DNA of 64,000 bases from a virus (taxonomy: Duplodnaviria; Caudoviricetes). This document shows positions 1-8,855 of the stretch, piece after piece (the first letter of the stretch is position 1; each line of letters begins with the position of its first letter). Location of the stretch: the IMG/VR virus record IMGVR_UViG_3300033067_001837, positions 1-64,000 of that record. One strand, 5' to 3'. The position numbers were made by a program, and so were the translations under genes. The notes beneath the pieces are model-generated. The model was not told the origin of the DNA, did no database searches, and saw only the letters and a list, made by a program, of their open reading frames with translations.

Positions 1-2398
1 CTAGTTGTGTGCAGCCGTGGCGGCGTCGAGCGTAGAGGAATATTTCCAGAATAGTATCCAAGTTGGAGGTTCCGATGTGGGTGTACACCACGACCCGGTC
101 TTCGATAAGGTTGCCTAGCTTATCTAGTTCTGCATCGCTCAGGTCAGTGCGTCCGGTGGCCTGCTTGCACATGCGATCCACGGTGTCGTTGATGGTCATT
201 TCCAAGCTGGCGATGCAGATGCGCTCGCCCTTGGGAATCGCGGCCATCAGAACATGGCTGACCAGTGTGGTTTTTCCATGACCAGAGTAACCCGTCCAGA
301 CTGTGAGTTGACTGGGAATCATCCAGAATTTCGTAGCTTTCCTCCAGGGCAACATCATACCTTCGGGGATGCCGCCGCGTTCGGCGTTCTGTCGCCGGGT
401 GGCCTTGACGACTTCTATCCCTTCCTGGAAGGTAATAAACTCTTCGGGCCGCAGGTACTCCGCTTGCCGCAGACACTGAGCGAAGTCCTTGGCGGTCATA
501 CCTTGTTGCAGACACTCGTTGGCGTCTTTGTGCGGGAGCTTAACCAATCGGCAGCGATGCCGGCCCAGACGATGAATAAGTCTCGGAGCCGCTTCCCGTC
601 CAGGCGCGTCCATGTCGAAGCTGATAAAAATTTCATCGAAGCGGGCCAACCGGGATTCTTCGATTTCCAGCCAGTCGTTTTCATCTTCACCAGGCTTCTT
701 TTTCCCGCTACTCACCCCGTTTGGAACGCTGAGTACCGCCGCACCGATTTGATGCCAAGTCAGCGCATCGCAATTTCCTGTAACCGTAATCTGTCGATTT
801 TGGCGAACAAGAAGCATTCCAGAAGGAACCTGAACGCAATACACTATTCCGTCATACGGAATTTTCCGTGTATGCTCTTTGTAATTTTGCCATGACGAAG
901 TTTTTTTATCGTTTAAAATCGTAACCTTAAACCATTCTCCGTAAGTATTTTTACGATCAACGATGCTTGAACAGCGTCCAGACGTGTGCGCAAGAGTCTG
1001 AACCCAACTCGCATTTTCAAAATACTTGCTGGCGTATTCAGTCATATTGCGGTTTGGAACAGAATTCCCATCCCAATGCGTGAGTTCAGCGATCATGAAT
1101 TCGCGCTGCTGCGCATTTGCTTGATAAATCCAGTTCCATGGTAAAAAACGACCAGGAACCCAGTCAGGAATACTTAAGCAAATAGATTGGCATCCATTTG
1201 TTATCGCATTATCACTACACTTGATCCTGCATTCAGTAAGCAATTTACGCAAACGATCTATTTTGCGTTGCCTTTTGAATGCAAACCTAGCGTAACGCAT
1301 CTCCTTGGGTGGATTTCTTGGTGATTGTCCATTTCGTTGATCGATGGAAGCGTCAGCGCTAATCGCGATACATAACGCTAACTGTTGGTTTGTTAATGGA
1401 ATTCCTGGTCCATCAGCAATGCCGCATCTTGGAATCTTGTGCCCATAACCCGCAGGACCGTCATGGGCAGTATGTGTGTAGATACGTCCGCGACCATCCA
1501 TCGAAACAATCTTGTGGTCAGGTGTTGTTTCTGAATGAAAACCGCGCCATTTTCTCTGAATTAACAACCCGTTCCAGGGTTTTTCTACTCGAGCGACAGG
1601 ATCGACAAATTCGATCTTTCCGTCTACACACCATTGAGCCACTGCGCCGCTCTGGTAATCGGAAAAACTCACCCACCCGTCCGGCGTTAGGATCTCGGCA
1701 TTCCCCGGAAAACACTCTCCCTCAGTGATCAATACCTTACGGGAATCCGGCTTAATGAGGTGCCAGCCAAACAACCCCAGGCGAGCGTTTTTCTCCAGTC
1801 GAGTGATTTTTTTACCGTCCGCTTCGCGCTTGATCGCTAGGTACTTGTTATTGAACAATTCCAGCTTCCCATCCTGGAGAATCAGGTAGGGAAAGACGAT
1901 GTCAGCCGGATTATCGGGGTGATTGCTCCAGCTATTCGGCTGTTCAAGGATGTGAAAATCTTTGAGAGTCTCTTCGGTAATCCCGCGTCCCGAGAAGTAG
2001 CGGGCAACCAGTGATTTGGTTTGTGCAGGCTTGCTGGCCGGGGGCCGTTTGGGCTTGGCGTAGGTCTTGGTAGACTTTCTCAGGATCGGCGGTGGAGCCA
2101 TCCCCAGGAAGTTCCGGGCCTGGCGCATTGCTTCACCCAGATCGCAGCTATGCACGAGGCACCAGAGGTCGAGCAGGTCTCCACTCTGATCAGTCGCAAA
2201 GTCTTTCCAGAATCCGGCAGGTTTGTTTCCGTTGACGAGCAGGATGCGGAAGCTGCCCAGGTTCTTGTCAACGCGAGAGGGGTTCAGCGCCACCCACTCG
2301 TTGCCGTCACGCTTACCATCAGTTAGCAGTGCGCGGCAGACCGCTTCGGCATCCCGCGCTAGGTACTGCGCCAGTTCTTTCGGGGTCTCAGGGTTCAT
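1..2398 (-). CDS. T7 gp4/Twinkle-like primase-helicase (runs off window end; contains intein)
   Basis: Manual translation from ATG 2398: TOPRIM ITEGE/CDAL, ISFDMDAPG (DxD), KDANE, Walker A TGYSGHGKT, IASLEM; no stop before position 1, so absent from the ORF track. Confidence 0.9.
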   Translation of the reverse strand, partial: MNPETPKELAQYLARDAEAVCRALLTDGKRDGNEWVALNPSRVDKNLGSFRILLVNGNKPAGFWKDFATDQSGDLLDLWCLVHSCDLGEAMRQARNFLGMAPPPILRKSTKTYAKPKRPPASKPAQTKSLVARYFSGRGITEETLKDFHILEQPNSWSNHPDNPADIVFPYLILQDGKLELFNNKYLAIKREADGKKITRLEKNARLGLFGWHLIKPDSRKVLITEGECFPGNAEILTPDGWVSFSDYQSGAVAQWCVDGKIEFVDPVARVEKPWNGLLIQRKWRGFHSETTPDHKIVSMDGRGRIYTHTAHDGPAGYGHKIPRCGIADGPGIPLTNQQLALCIAISADASIDQRNGQSPRNPPKEMRYARFAFKRQRKIDRLRKLLTECRIKCSDNAITNGCQSICLSIPDWVPGRFLPWNWIYQANAQQREFMIAELTHWDGNSVPNRNMTEYASKYFENASWVQTLAHTSGRCSSIVDRKNTYGEWFKVTILNDKKTSSWQNYKEHTRKIPYDGIVYCVQVPSGMLLVRQNRQITVTGNCDALTWHQIGAAVLSVPNGVSSGKKKPGEDENDWLEIEESRLARFDEIFISFDMDAPGREAAPRLIHRLGRHRCRLVKLPHKDANECLQQGMTAKDFAQCLRQAEYLRPEEFITFQEGIEVVKATRRQNAERGGIPEGMMLPWRKATKFWMIPSQLTVWTGYSGHGKTTLVSHVLMAAIPKGERICIASLEMTINDTVDRMCKQATGRTDLSDAELDKLGNLIEDRVVVYTHIGTSNLDTILEIFLYARRRHGCTQL
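773..1714 (-). mobile_element. Intein (314 aa, LAGLIDADG-type) in primase TOPRIM motif
   Basis: Starts CFPGNAEILTPDGW, block B TTPDHKI, IAISADAS and ELTHWDGN motifs, ends VYCVQVPSG...VTGN/C; removal restores EGE-CDAL. Confidence 0.9.
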
Positions 2399-2784
2399 TC
2401 CCACGGCTCCTTGGCGCACAGGGCATAGAATTCCGGAAGGGTCGGTGGGAAGGGGGACTTACGTTCTTGGACGCATTTGGTCATGCCGCGCTCGATTCGG
2501 GTTAGGGGTATCCGGGAAAGCATCTGCGCCCAGTGAGTAACGGTAGGGCTTACGTTGCCATCCTCATCACAGAATTCTCCGAATTCCGTTATCCACTTTT
2601 TGCCGTAGTTTCTAGTCATTTGCGCCCAGATCATATACATCACCTCGTCACGTAACTCGATGTCCGAGATGTGAAATATCTCGCTCGGTGCAGATGGCTT
2701 GAGATGCTTCGTTTTCTCGTTGGAAGCGAGCTTTGAAAGCAGCGTCGGTTCTGGCTTGTATTTGTCCAACCGTTTCTCGTCCAT
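2395..2784 (-). CDS. Putative helicase loader / replication protein P-like
   Basis: Between initiator and primase-helicase; C-terminal PFPPTLPEFYALC; ATGA overlap with primase start; true start may be near 2640. Confidence 0.55.
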   Translation of the reverse strand: MDEKRLDKYKPEPTLLSKLASNEKTKHLKPSAPSEIFHISDIELRDEVMYMIWAQMTRNYGKKWITEFGEFCDEDGNVSPTVTHWAQMLSRIPLTRIERGMTKCVQERKSPFPPTLPEFYALCAKEPWE

Positions 2785-3544
2785 TTTTCGGGCCTTGAGT
2801 GGTTAAGGTGGATTGGGTGGTGGTTGCGTCGATTTCGTCTTCCCATCTCCGGTTGCTTAACCAGCGAACGGGATCAGGCCAAGGGTTGAAAAACGCTCCC
2901 AAGGCTTGCTTGGTTTCTTTGTCCTTCGCCTGGTTAATGATGGCGTCGAGTATTGTTTCCACCAAATCGGGATTGGGATTCAGTTTGTCCCATGCTTTTC
3001 TTGCGTCCTGCTTACCAACTTTTTTCGGATAGCGAACCCAGAACGCGGTCTCAAACACATCATCCTCACGTTTGCGTGAGGTTTTATGTTCTTTTTCTTC
3101 TCTGTTCTTCTCTTCTCTTATCTTCTCTTTATCTAGCGTTCTAATTTGTTCTTCCGCGTTCTCTTTCGTTTCCGTGCGTTCGCTTGCGTTCGCTTGCGTT
3201 CGCTTGCGTTCTCTCCAAGCTTTTGCCCGTTCGGCGGAACCGTCCTCGCGTCGTGGTTGCCGGATTTCCCATGCCGCCAACCGCCCATCGACAATCATAC
3301 CTTTGGCAGTCATCGCATCCATGATGGAGCGGACAACATCATCATCAACATCGAGAGCAACAGCTATGGTTTCTACGTCAAAACGGGAAACGTCGCCGCG
3401 ATTCTCTGCTTGGCTGGCATGTTCTAGCAAAGCCGCCCATACCGCAATGACAGCTATCCGACTATGAGAGGACTTTCTGGAAATCAAAACCAACTTAGGG
3501 TCGGTAACTGTCCCATGATACCATCGTAACCATTCGATACTCAT
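2648..3544 (-). CDS. Phage replication initiator (replisome organizer / O-like)
   Basis: MSIEWLRWYHGTVTDPK N-terminus, charged linker, FWVRYPKKVGKQDARKAW and WLSNRRWEDE C-terminal motifs; GGAGG before ATG 3544. Confidence 0.75.
   Translation of the reverse strand: MSIEWLRWYHGTVTDPKLVLISRKSSHSRIAVIAVWAALLEHASQAENRGDVSRFDVETIAVALDVDDDVVRSIMDAMTAKGMIVDGRLAAWEIRQPRREDGSAERAKAWRERKRTQANASERTETKENAEEQIRTLDKEKIREEKNREEKEHKTSRKREDDVFETAFWVRYPKKVGKQDARKAWDKLNPNPDLVETILDAIINQAKDKETKQALGAFFNPWPDPVRWLSNRRWEDEIDATTTQSTLTTQGPKNGRETVGQIQARTDAAFKARFQRENEASQAICTERDISHLGHRVT
3175..3211. repeat. 10-bp tandem repeat (TGCGTTCGCT x3.7), candidate origin iterons
   Basis: Perfect repeats inside the initiator gene next to a pyrimidine/purine-skewed tract. 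Confidence 0.6.
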
Positions 3545-3678
3545 AGCCTCCACCCCTCTATCAGCTTCCCGCCTTTTGATAAGTTGCATGATTTACAAGC
3601 GGTCGTTAGGTTATCCATGTTGTTGCTACCGTCTTTGCAGAGCGGGATGATGTGGTCACTATTGAACCAATCTTTCAT
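3541..3678 (-). CDS. Minimal or truncated HNH endonuclease (45 aa)
   Basis: MKDWFNSDHIIPLCKDGSNNMDNLTTACKSCNLSKGGKLIEGWRL; GAGG RBS; stop overlaps initiator ATG. Confidence 0.7.
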   Translation of the reverse strand: MKDWFNSDHIIPLCKDGSNNMDNLTTACKSCNLSKGGKLIEGWRL

Positions 3679-3906
3679 CGTTCAATCCTCAGTTTTTGCA
3701 GGCCGCAGGGCCGTTTCGCTGCTTTGGGGGCCAGCATTACCGGGAGTTGAGAAGGGGAAGGGTTGCCTAAGCGGATGAGATCATGTAGAATTCCGTTATG
3801 CTCTATGAGCATGTTACGGATCTTCACTGGTGCCTATCCTTCTTGCATAAGGTAGTGCTGGTGCTGGCCAGGATTAGGGTTAGCGGCCCATCCTGGCGCA
3901 ATGTGA

Positions 3907-3935
3907 AGTCTACTATCTTGTTTGGTAGAAGTCCA
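3907..3935 (-). promoter_or_regulatory. Sigma70-like promoter with palindromic operator upstream of replication genes
   Basis: TGGACT-17-TAGACT on - strand; operator CTACTAT-N5-TTGGTAG at 3910-3928. Confidence 0.6.
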
Positions 3936-4110
3936 CAGGACATGTGCAAAAATATAAAAGCCTCATCACTGGGGCTTTTTTCTTTTAGGGGTTATCACAT
4001 TCAGGAACGGTGCGGGAGTCGGGGTTTGCGATTGAGCCTCCGCTATCGACGAGGTCGGCCCAACAAAGGGATTGTGCCTACGTTGCTACTTATTTCAGAA
4101 GGCCCTTTAG

Positions 4111-4283
4111 TTGCCGAAGCAAGGCAGCTTCCTTTTCCGCGATCTCCGCGCCTATCTGCGGGGGGTGTTGCAGAAGGCGGGCATTGAAAAAAAGATCAGC
4201 CCGCACAAGCTGCGCCATACTGATGCCACCCACCTGCTCAACGCGGGCGCTGAACGGGTAAACCTCCAGGCGCTGCTCGGCGG
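4111..4283 (+). pseudogene. Tyrosine recombinase (XerC/D-like) C-terminal fragment
   Basis: KAGIEKKISPHKLRHTDATHLLNAGAERVNLQALLG; stops before GH and catalytic Tyr; no N-terminus. Confidence 0.8.
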
Positions 4284-4601
4284 CTTCACCCACACATCAT
4301 CCCATTTGAAGTTTTCTCGGTTAGAGTTTATCACATCGGTTGCGAATGGTTGCGTTGCGGTTATCACGATTCTTCCTTTGCACACGCGACGCAGTTCCTT
4401 CCACAGCAGCGGGAGGTTCGGCGCAATGTCCCAATGATTTCCAGTGACTCCATACGGCGGGTCGGTGATTACGGCGTCCACGGATTTGTCAGGCATTTCC
4501 GGCAGGACTCTGAAACAGTCATCGTGGATAATGGCGTCTAACCAAGCGGTGGAGCGAATGACAGGTGAGCCGGTCACGTCCAGCCTGTAATCAGGTATCA
4601 T
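4280..4601 (-). pseudogene. Truncated beta-class amino DNA methyltransferase (N-terminal half)
   Basis: DCFRVLPEMPDKSVDAVITDPPYG...TATQPF...WDDVWVKP, then runs into antisense integrase fragment; no FxGxG motif. Confidence 0.8.
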
Positions 4602-4891
4602 TAGCGGCTCACCTTATCGTTAAATTCATTAAATTTAGGATGACATACTGAGTCGCATCCATGCCAGTCGAGATTTTGCTTAATGGATAGTTCCATTGAT
4701 TCGATCATGATACATATCATGTCGGCCAAAATAAAGTCTGGAATATCGACTGGATTTTCTATCCCATGCTCGTTTATTTTGAACTTGACATTTTTTATAA
4801 AATACTCTTTAATATTACATGAGAATTTTTGGTTGTAGTAGGTTTTAGTCAATTTTAGTCTACCACACCACGGACTTTCTTTAAAAATCAA
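4601..4891 (-). CDS. Hypothetical phage protein
   Basis: 96-aa ORF whose stop overlaps next ATG. Confidence 0.5.
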   Translation of the reverse strand: MIFKESPWCGRLKLTKTYYNQKFSCNIKEYFIKNVKFKINEHGIENPVDIPDFILADMICIMIESMELSIKQNLDWHGCDSVCHPKFNEFNDKVSR

Positions 4892-4940
4892 ATGGTTATT
4901 AGAACCATCCGAACTATTTTCTAAAATAGAAAAAATAATT

Positions 4941-6242
4941 ATGACATCACAAATTTTAGCACATTATTCTTCTTTAGAAAAAAATTTAAATATAAAAAGT
5001 GTTCGGAATAACGTTACATATTTTTCACCTGTGAATTTTACAGAATCAATGTCTACGGCACGACATCGGTGGTTCCCTTATAAAGAAGGTTTTTCCCCCT
5101 CATTTGTTAAAAAGTTTTTAACTGATTATTGCGATAATCTAACCGGTACAGTTTTCGATCCTTTTTCAGGTGTCGGCACAACTGCGCTTGCAGCTTCGAG
5201 TTTAGGGCTTGAATCTATTGGTTTTGATGTTAATCCACTTGCCATTTTTATTGCAAAAACAAAATCTATAATACTTAGTCTTAAACAGATAAATGAACTA
5301 GAATCTTATGTTAAAGAATTTAGTTTGGCATTATTAATAAATTCTGTTGAACCTCCAAAAAATGAGACTGTCATAAAGTATTTTGATCCTAAATACTTGG
5401 ATGCTATTCTAAAAATTAAATACTTTATTGAGCATTTAAAAATAACTGAATTTGAATCTCTTTTTAAATTAGGTTTACTATCCTTAGTTGAAAAATATTC
5501 AACACACCGTAAAGCTGGAAATGGTGTAAAGAAAAAAACAAGAATAAATTATGGTCATAATGGGCTAACCGCTATAGAAGAAATAAGAGCAGATCTTATA
5601 TTAACTTTAAATTTGTATATCGCTGATTTAAAAATAGATAATAGTCTTTCTAGTATTAAATACTTTCAATGTTCCTCGTTAGATCAAAACGCCTACGAAA
5701 ATATTGATAATATTTCAGCAGTAATTACATCTCCTCCTTATGCTAATTGTTTCGATTATAGTAAAATTTATATGAGAGAACTCTGGCTTTGTGATTTCTT
5801 TTTATCTAAAAATGATCAAAAAAAATTCCGAGATACTTCACTAAGATCACATGTGCATTCTATTTGGGTTCCTCGTTATGAAATAGGTAGTCTTGAAATT
5901 GTTGATAACGAAATTAAAAAAATTATTGAATCTCAGCAACTTTGGTCAAACAAAATTGGTAACATGCTCTCAGGATATTTCAAAGACATCAACAGATTAT
6001 TGCAAGTAATAAAACCTAAATTAAAAAATAAAGCTCTTTTAGGCTTTGTTGTGGGGAATTCATTTTATGGGGGGACTGTCATTGCTACTGATTTGCTAAT
6101 AGCGGAATTAGCACAAAAAAATGGTTATAAAGTAGAAGGAATAGTAACCTATAGAAAAATCATCCCTTCTTCACAACAGTTTAAAAAAATTGAAGATAAT
6201 TATTATATGAGAGAAAGCTTGGTGATTTTCAGAAATGATTAA
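4941..6242 (+). CDS. DNA methyltransferase M1 (probable N4-cytosine)
   Basis: HRWFPYKEGFS, DPFSGVGTT (motif I), ITSPPY (motif IV); AT-rich. Confidence 0.9.
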   Translation: MTSQILAHYSSLEKNLNIKSVRNNVTYFSPVNFTESMSTARHRWFPYKEGFSPSFVKKFLTDYCDNLTGTVFDPFSGVGTTALAASSLGLESIGFDVNPLAIFIAKTKSIILSLKQINELESYVKEFSLALLINSVEPPKNETVIKYFDPKYLDAILKIKYFIEHLKITEFESLFKLGLLSLVEKYSTHRKAGNGVKKKTRINYGHNGLTAIEEIRADLILTLNLYIADLKIDNSLSSIKYFQCSSLDQNAYENIDNISAVITSPPYANCFDYSKIYMRELWLCDFFLSKNDQKKFRDTSLRSHVHSIWVPRYEIGSLEIVDNEIKKIIESQQLWSNKIGNMLSGYFKDINRLLQVIKPKLKNKALLGFVVGNSFYGGTVIATDLLIAELAQKNGYKVEGIVTYRKIIPSSQQFKKIEDNYYMRESLVIFRND

Positions 6243-7497
6243 TAAAATTAATGAATTAACCGCTAGTGAACTGCATTGGGGTGCAGAAATAGCACTCCCA
6301 AATACTAGAAGTCTACAAAATACGCCTCATATAATTGGTGGTAAATACCCTTGTCGGAGCGTTGCATACATACCACGAATGATTTTCAAAAAATATTCTA
6401 GTGAGCATACACATAAAAACTTTAAAGTTATTGATCCTTTTATGGGTTCAGGAACAACAGCTATAGAAGCAAATAAATGCACTTCAGAAATATACGGGTT
6501 GGAAGTTGATCCGTATGCTCGTTTAATAGCTACTGCATCAAATTTAAAATATACTAAATCTGAAATACAACAAATTGAATTAGTTTATAATACGGTGCTT
6601 AATACATGGAAAACTATTAAGCCAAAAAAATCACTTGAGCCACTGCTTGCAAATATTCGTTATTGGTTTACTGAGAATGAATATACTGATTTGCTAAAGC
6701 TTAAAACTGCTATTTTTGACTTAACTTTAGGAAATGAAAAAATAATGAATTTTTTATTAGCTGTTTTTGCCGAAATTATCAGAGCCTGCTCTAAAGCGGA
6801 GAGGCAATCACTTAAGCCGTATATCTCTAAAAGATTTCCTAAAGAACCGAAGTCGGTTTTACCTACTTTTGCTAAAGCTTTAGAAAAATATGTTTTATCA
6901 GTTTCAAATTCTTCATGTAATTTTTCTGATGGTATAATTTGGCTTGAAGGAGATGCTACTAATTTTAAGACAGATTCACAAATAAATATTGCTGTAACTT
7001 CACCACCTTATACAAATGCTTTGGATTACACTCGATGTATAAAACTTGAAAGCTGTTGGCTAGGGTTAATGGATGATGCATATTTATCTTACATAAAAAG
7101 TCAGCAAATAGGAGAAATAAGCAGAATTAAGTCAGTTAATATAGATGCCAATATATTTATGATTATTACCCCATATTTAAAAAATATTCGAGAAATTGAT
7201 TTTAGGCGTTTTCAAACAGTACAAGCATATTTTCAAGATATTTCATCAAATTTAAAATGTGTGTATTCTGCTTTAGTCAATGGTGGTGAGTATCATATGA
7301 TTATAGGTGATAGTGTTATACGAGGTTTTTACATACCGACACATCAAATTATTGCTGAAATAGCCCAAGATTTGGGATATTCATGGGACGGTTATTTTAA
7401 ATATCCAATTAGAGATCATAGAACTTCTATACCTCGAAATGGCAATGGCGGAAAAATAGCTTATGAGCATGTTATAAAACTCGTAAAAAGGATTTAA
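6235..7497 (+). CDS. DNA methyltransferase M2 (probable N4-cytosine)
   Basis: DPFMGSGTT, VTSPPY; overlaps M1 stop. Confidence 0.9.
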   Translation: MINKINELTASELHWGAEIALPNTRSLQNTPHIIGGKYPCRSVAYIPRMIFKKYSSEHTHKNFKVIDPFMGSGTTAIEANKCTSEIYGLEVDPYARLIATASNLKYTKSEIQQIELVYNTVLNTWKTIKPKKSLEPLLANIRYWFTENEYTDLLKLKTAIFDLTLGNEKIMNFLLAVFAEIIRACSKAERQSLKPYISKRFPKEPKSVLPTFAKALEKYVLSVSNSSCNFSDGIIWLEGDATNFKTDSQINIAVTSPPYTNALDYTRCIKLESCWLGLMDDAYLSYIKSQQIGEISRIKSVNIDANIFMIITPYLKNIREIDFRRFQTVQAYFQDISSNLKCVYSALVNGGEYHMIIGDSVIRGFYIPTHQIIAEIAQDLGYSWDGYFKYPIRDHRTSIPRNGNGGKIAYEHVIKLVKRI

Positions 7498-7499
7498 AA

Positions 7500-7739
7500 A
7501 TGAGTATTAACTCACAGTTTCTTTTTTCTTATACAGATCAATTTACAAAGTCCCAATGGGTGAATTGGTCAGAAGGTGCTTTATCCCAAATACCAGAAAA
7601 TAAATTTCACACTAAAAAAGGATTTCAAGAAGCGATTCATAGTGAAGATTCAACCGATAGAACAAGGGCTGGAGAAGCGTACAAATTAGGGTTTCTTAAA
7701 GGACCAATAATAGACAGCAGATTTGATGCAACATCTTAA
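7500..7739 (+). pseudogene. Probable truncated restriction endonuclease N-terminus
   Basis: AT-rich 79-aa ORF directly after two MTases, ending at the island boundary; identity inferred from context. Confidence 0.45.
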
Positions 7740-7834
7740 TAACCAAACATCGCCGTTTTCCTTATATGCCATTCAAAGCGTTGCTTTGCCGCGTTGAAAT
7801 AATCGCCGTCTATCTCACAACCAACAAAGTCCAC
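7736..7834 (-). pseudogene. C-terminal remnant of a DNA methyltransferase
   Basis: VDFVGCEIDGDYFNAAKQRFEWHIRKTAMFGY*, typical G-x-E-I-D-x-x-Y MTase tail. Confidence 0.6.
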
Positions 7835-8219
7835 TAATCAGGTCAATAGTGCAACTTACCCGTATGCACGCTATTGCGCCTTTTTGAATGACTATGGATT
7901 CGCGTTGCATCAACCATGACATTTTAGGACATGAGTGACTTCCTGCTTCAACGAGGCCGGTTTCACCGGGGTCTTGCGACCTCGGCCAGCGCCTTCCTCT
8001 CCACAGGCGTGACTTCCCGCCCAACTGGCGGTAGCCAGCGCTTCGCGCTGGATATTCAGGGCCGCGTCTAAACTCATCATCCATAATCGACGGCATCCCC
8101 AACTCCCGCGCTCGGCGAACGATGTGATGAGGTTTAATCCCCCACAGCCGCGCCAACCGCGCCACTTCCCCGCGACGGTAGGGTGGGGTGTAAGCAGCAA
8201 TAATCTCTGCGTCATCCAT
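7815..8219 (-). CDS. Hypothetical protein (N-terminal HTH-like; 3' end possibly disrupted)
   Basis: EVARLARLWGIKPHHIVRRARELG; coupled to upstream gene. Confidence 0.45.
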   Translation of the reverse strand: MDDAEIIAAYTPPYRRGEVARLARLWGIKPHHIVRRARELGMPSIMDDEFRRGPEYPARSAGYRQLGGKSRLWRGRRWPRSQDPGETGLVEAGSHSCPKMSWLMQRESIVIQKGAIACIRVSCTIDLISGLCWL

Positions 8220-8688
8220 TCATATAATCTTCAGGCAGGCACACCGATTTCGCTAGTTCATCCATCAGCATGTGAGTATAGTGTTTTAATCGATTAAATT
8301 CTTCAGAGGGCAGCATGTTTTTCGCAGCACGCACGAACATGGTTTCAAACGATTCATCGGTGGTTTGTTGTAGATGGGTATTCAGTAGACTGATTTCTCT
8401 GTTATAGGTATTCAGTAACTCACCCACTTCAAAGTATTCTTTCAGCACCTCTGGCGGGAACAACTTTTGTAAAAATTCGCGGTTTTTATAGCGTTTAATG
8501 TTTCGCATTACGGGACTTCCTAATTGTTCGCACAAAACTGCCCTGCGTTTTTGTAGTCGTTCAACTTCGGCGCGAAGATATTGAATGCGCTCCTGGGTAG
8601 ACGGGAGCAAATAGCCGCGTGCATCTACGGGCGTATTAACATCGTAACTGCCCGAGCGAGGGCTGAGGGTCATAGTTTTTTTAGCCAT
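8212..8688 (-). CDS. Hypothetical coiled-coil protein
   Basis: 158-aa ORF in operon. Confidence 0.6.
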   Translation of the reverse strand: MAKKTMTLSPRSGSYDVNTPVDARGYLLPSTQERIQYLRAEVERLQKRRAVLCEQLGSPVMRNIKRYKNREFLQKLFPPEVLKEYFEVGELLNTYNREISLLNTHLQQTTDESFETMFVRAAKNMLPSEEFNRLKHYTHMLMDELAKSVCLPEDYMNG

Positions 8689-8855
8689 AATTCACAAACG
8701 TATCGATTAATAGTCGTAATGGGCCATGTCCGTTCGTGCTGTTCGAACGAACGATATAAGCAGGCACCCATCAAGGGATTAAGTGGGAGGGGCCGGTGTT
8801 CCCAGTGCTGGCAGGTTTCGCAGCGGGGGTTCTTGGCCCAGGTCGGAGACTCCAT
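8670..8855 (-). CDS. Small Cys-rich hypothetical protein
   Basis: MESPTWAKNPRCETCQHW...GAC...VCELW; ATG overlaps helicase TGA. Confidence 0.55.
   Translation of the reverse strand: MESPTWAKNPRCETCQHWEHRPLPLNPLMGACLYRSFEQHERTWPITTINRYVCELWLKKL

Noticed and set aside
63-2540. Short track ORFs in the first 2.5 kb
   Set aside because: Shadows of the - strand primase-helicase
4111-4437. Functional prophage integrase
   Set aside because: Only about 55 aa of homology, with no catalytic Tyr
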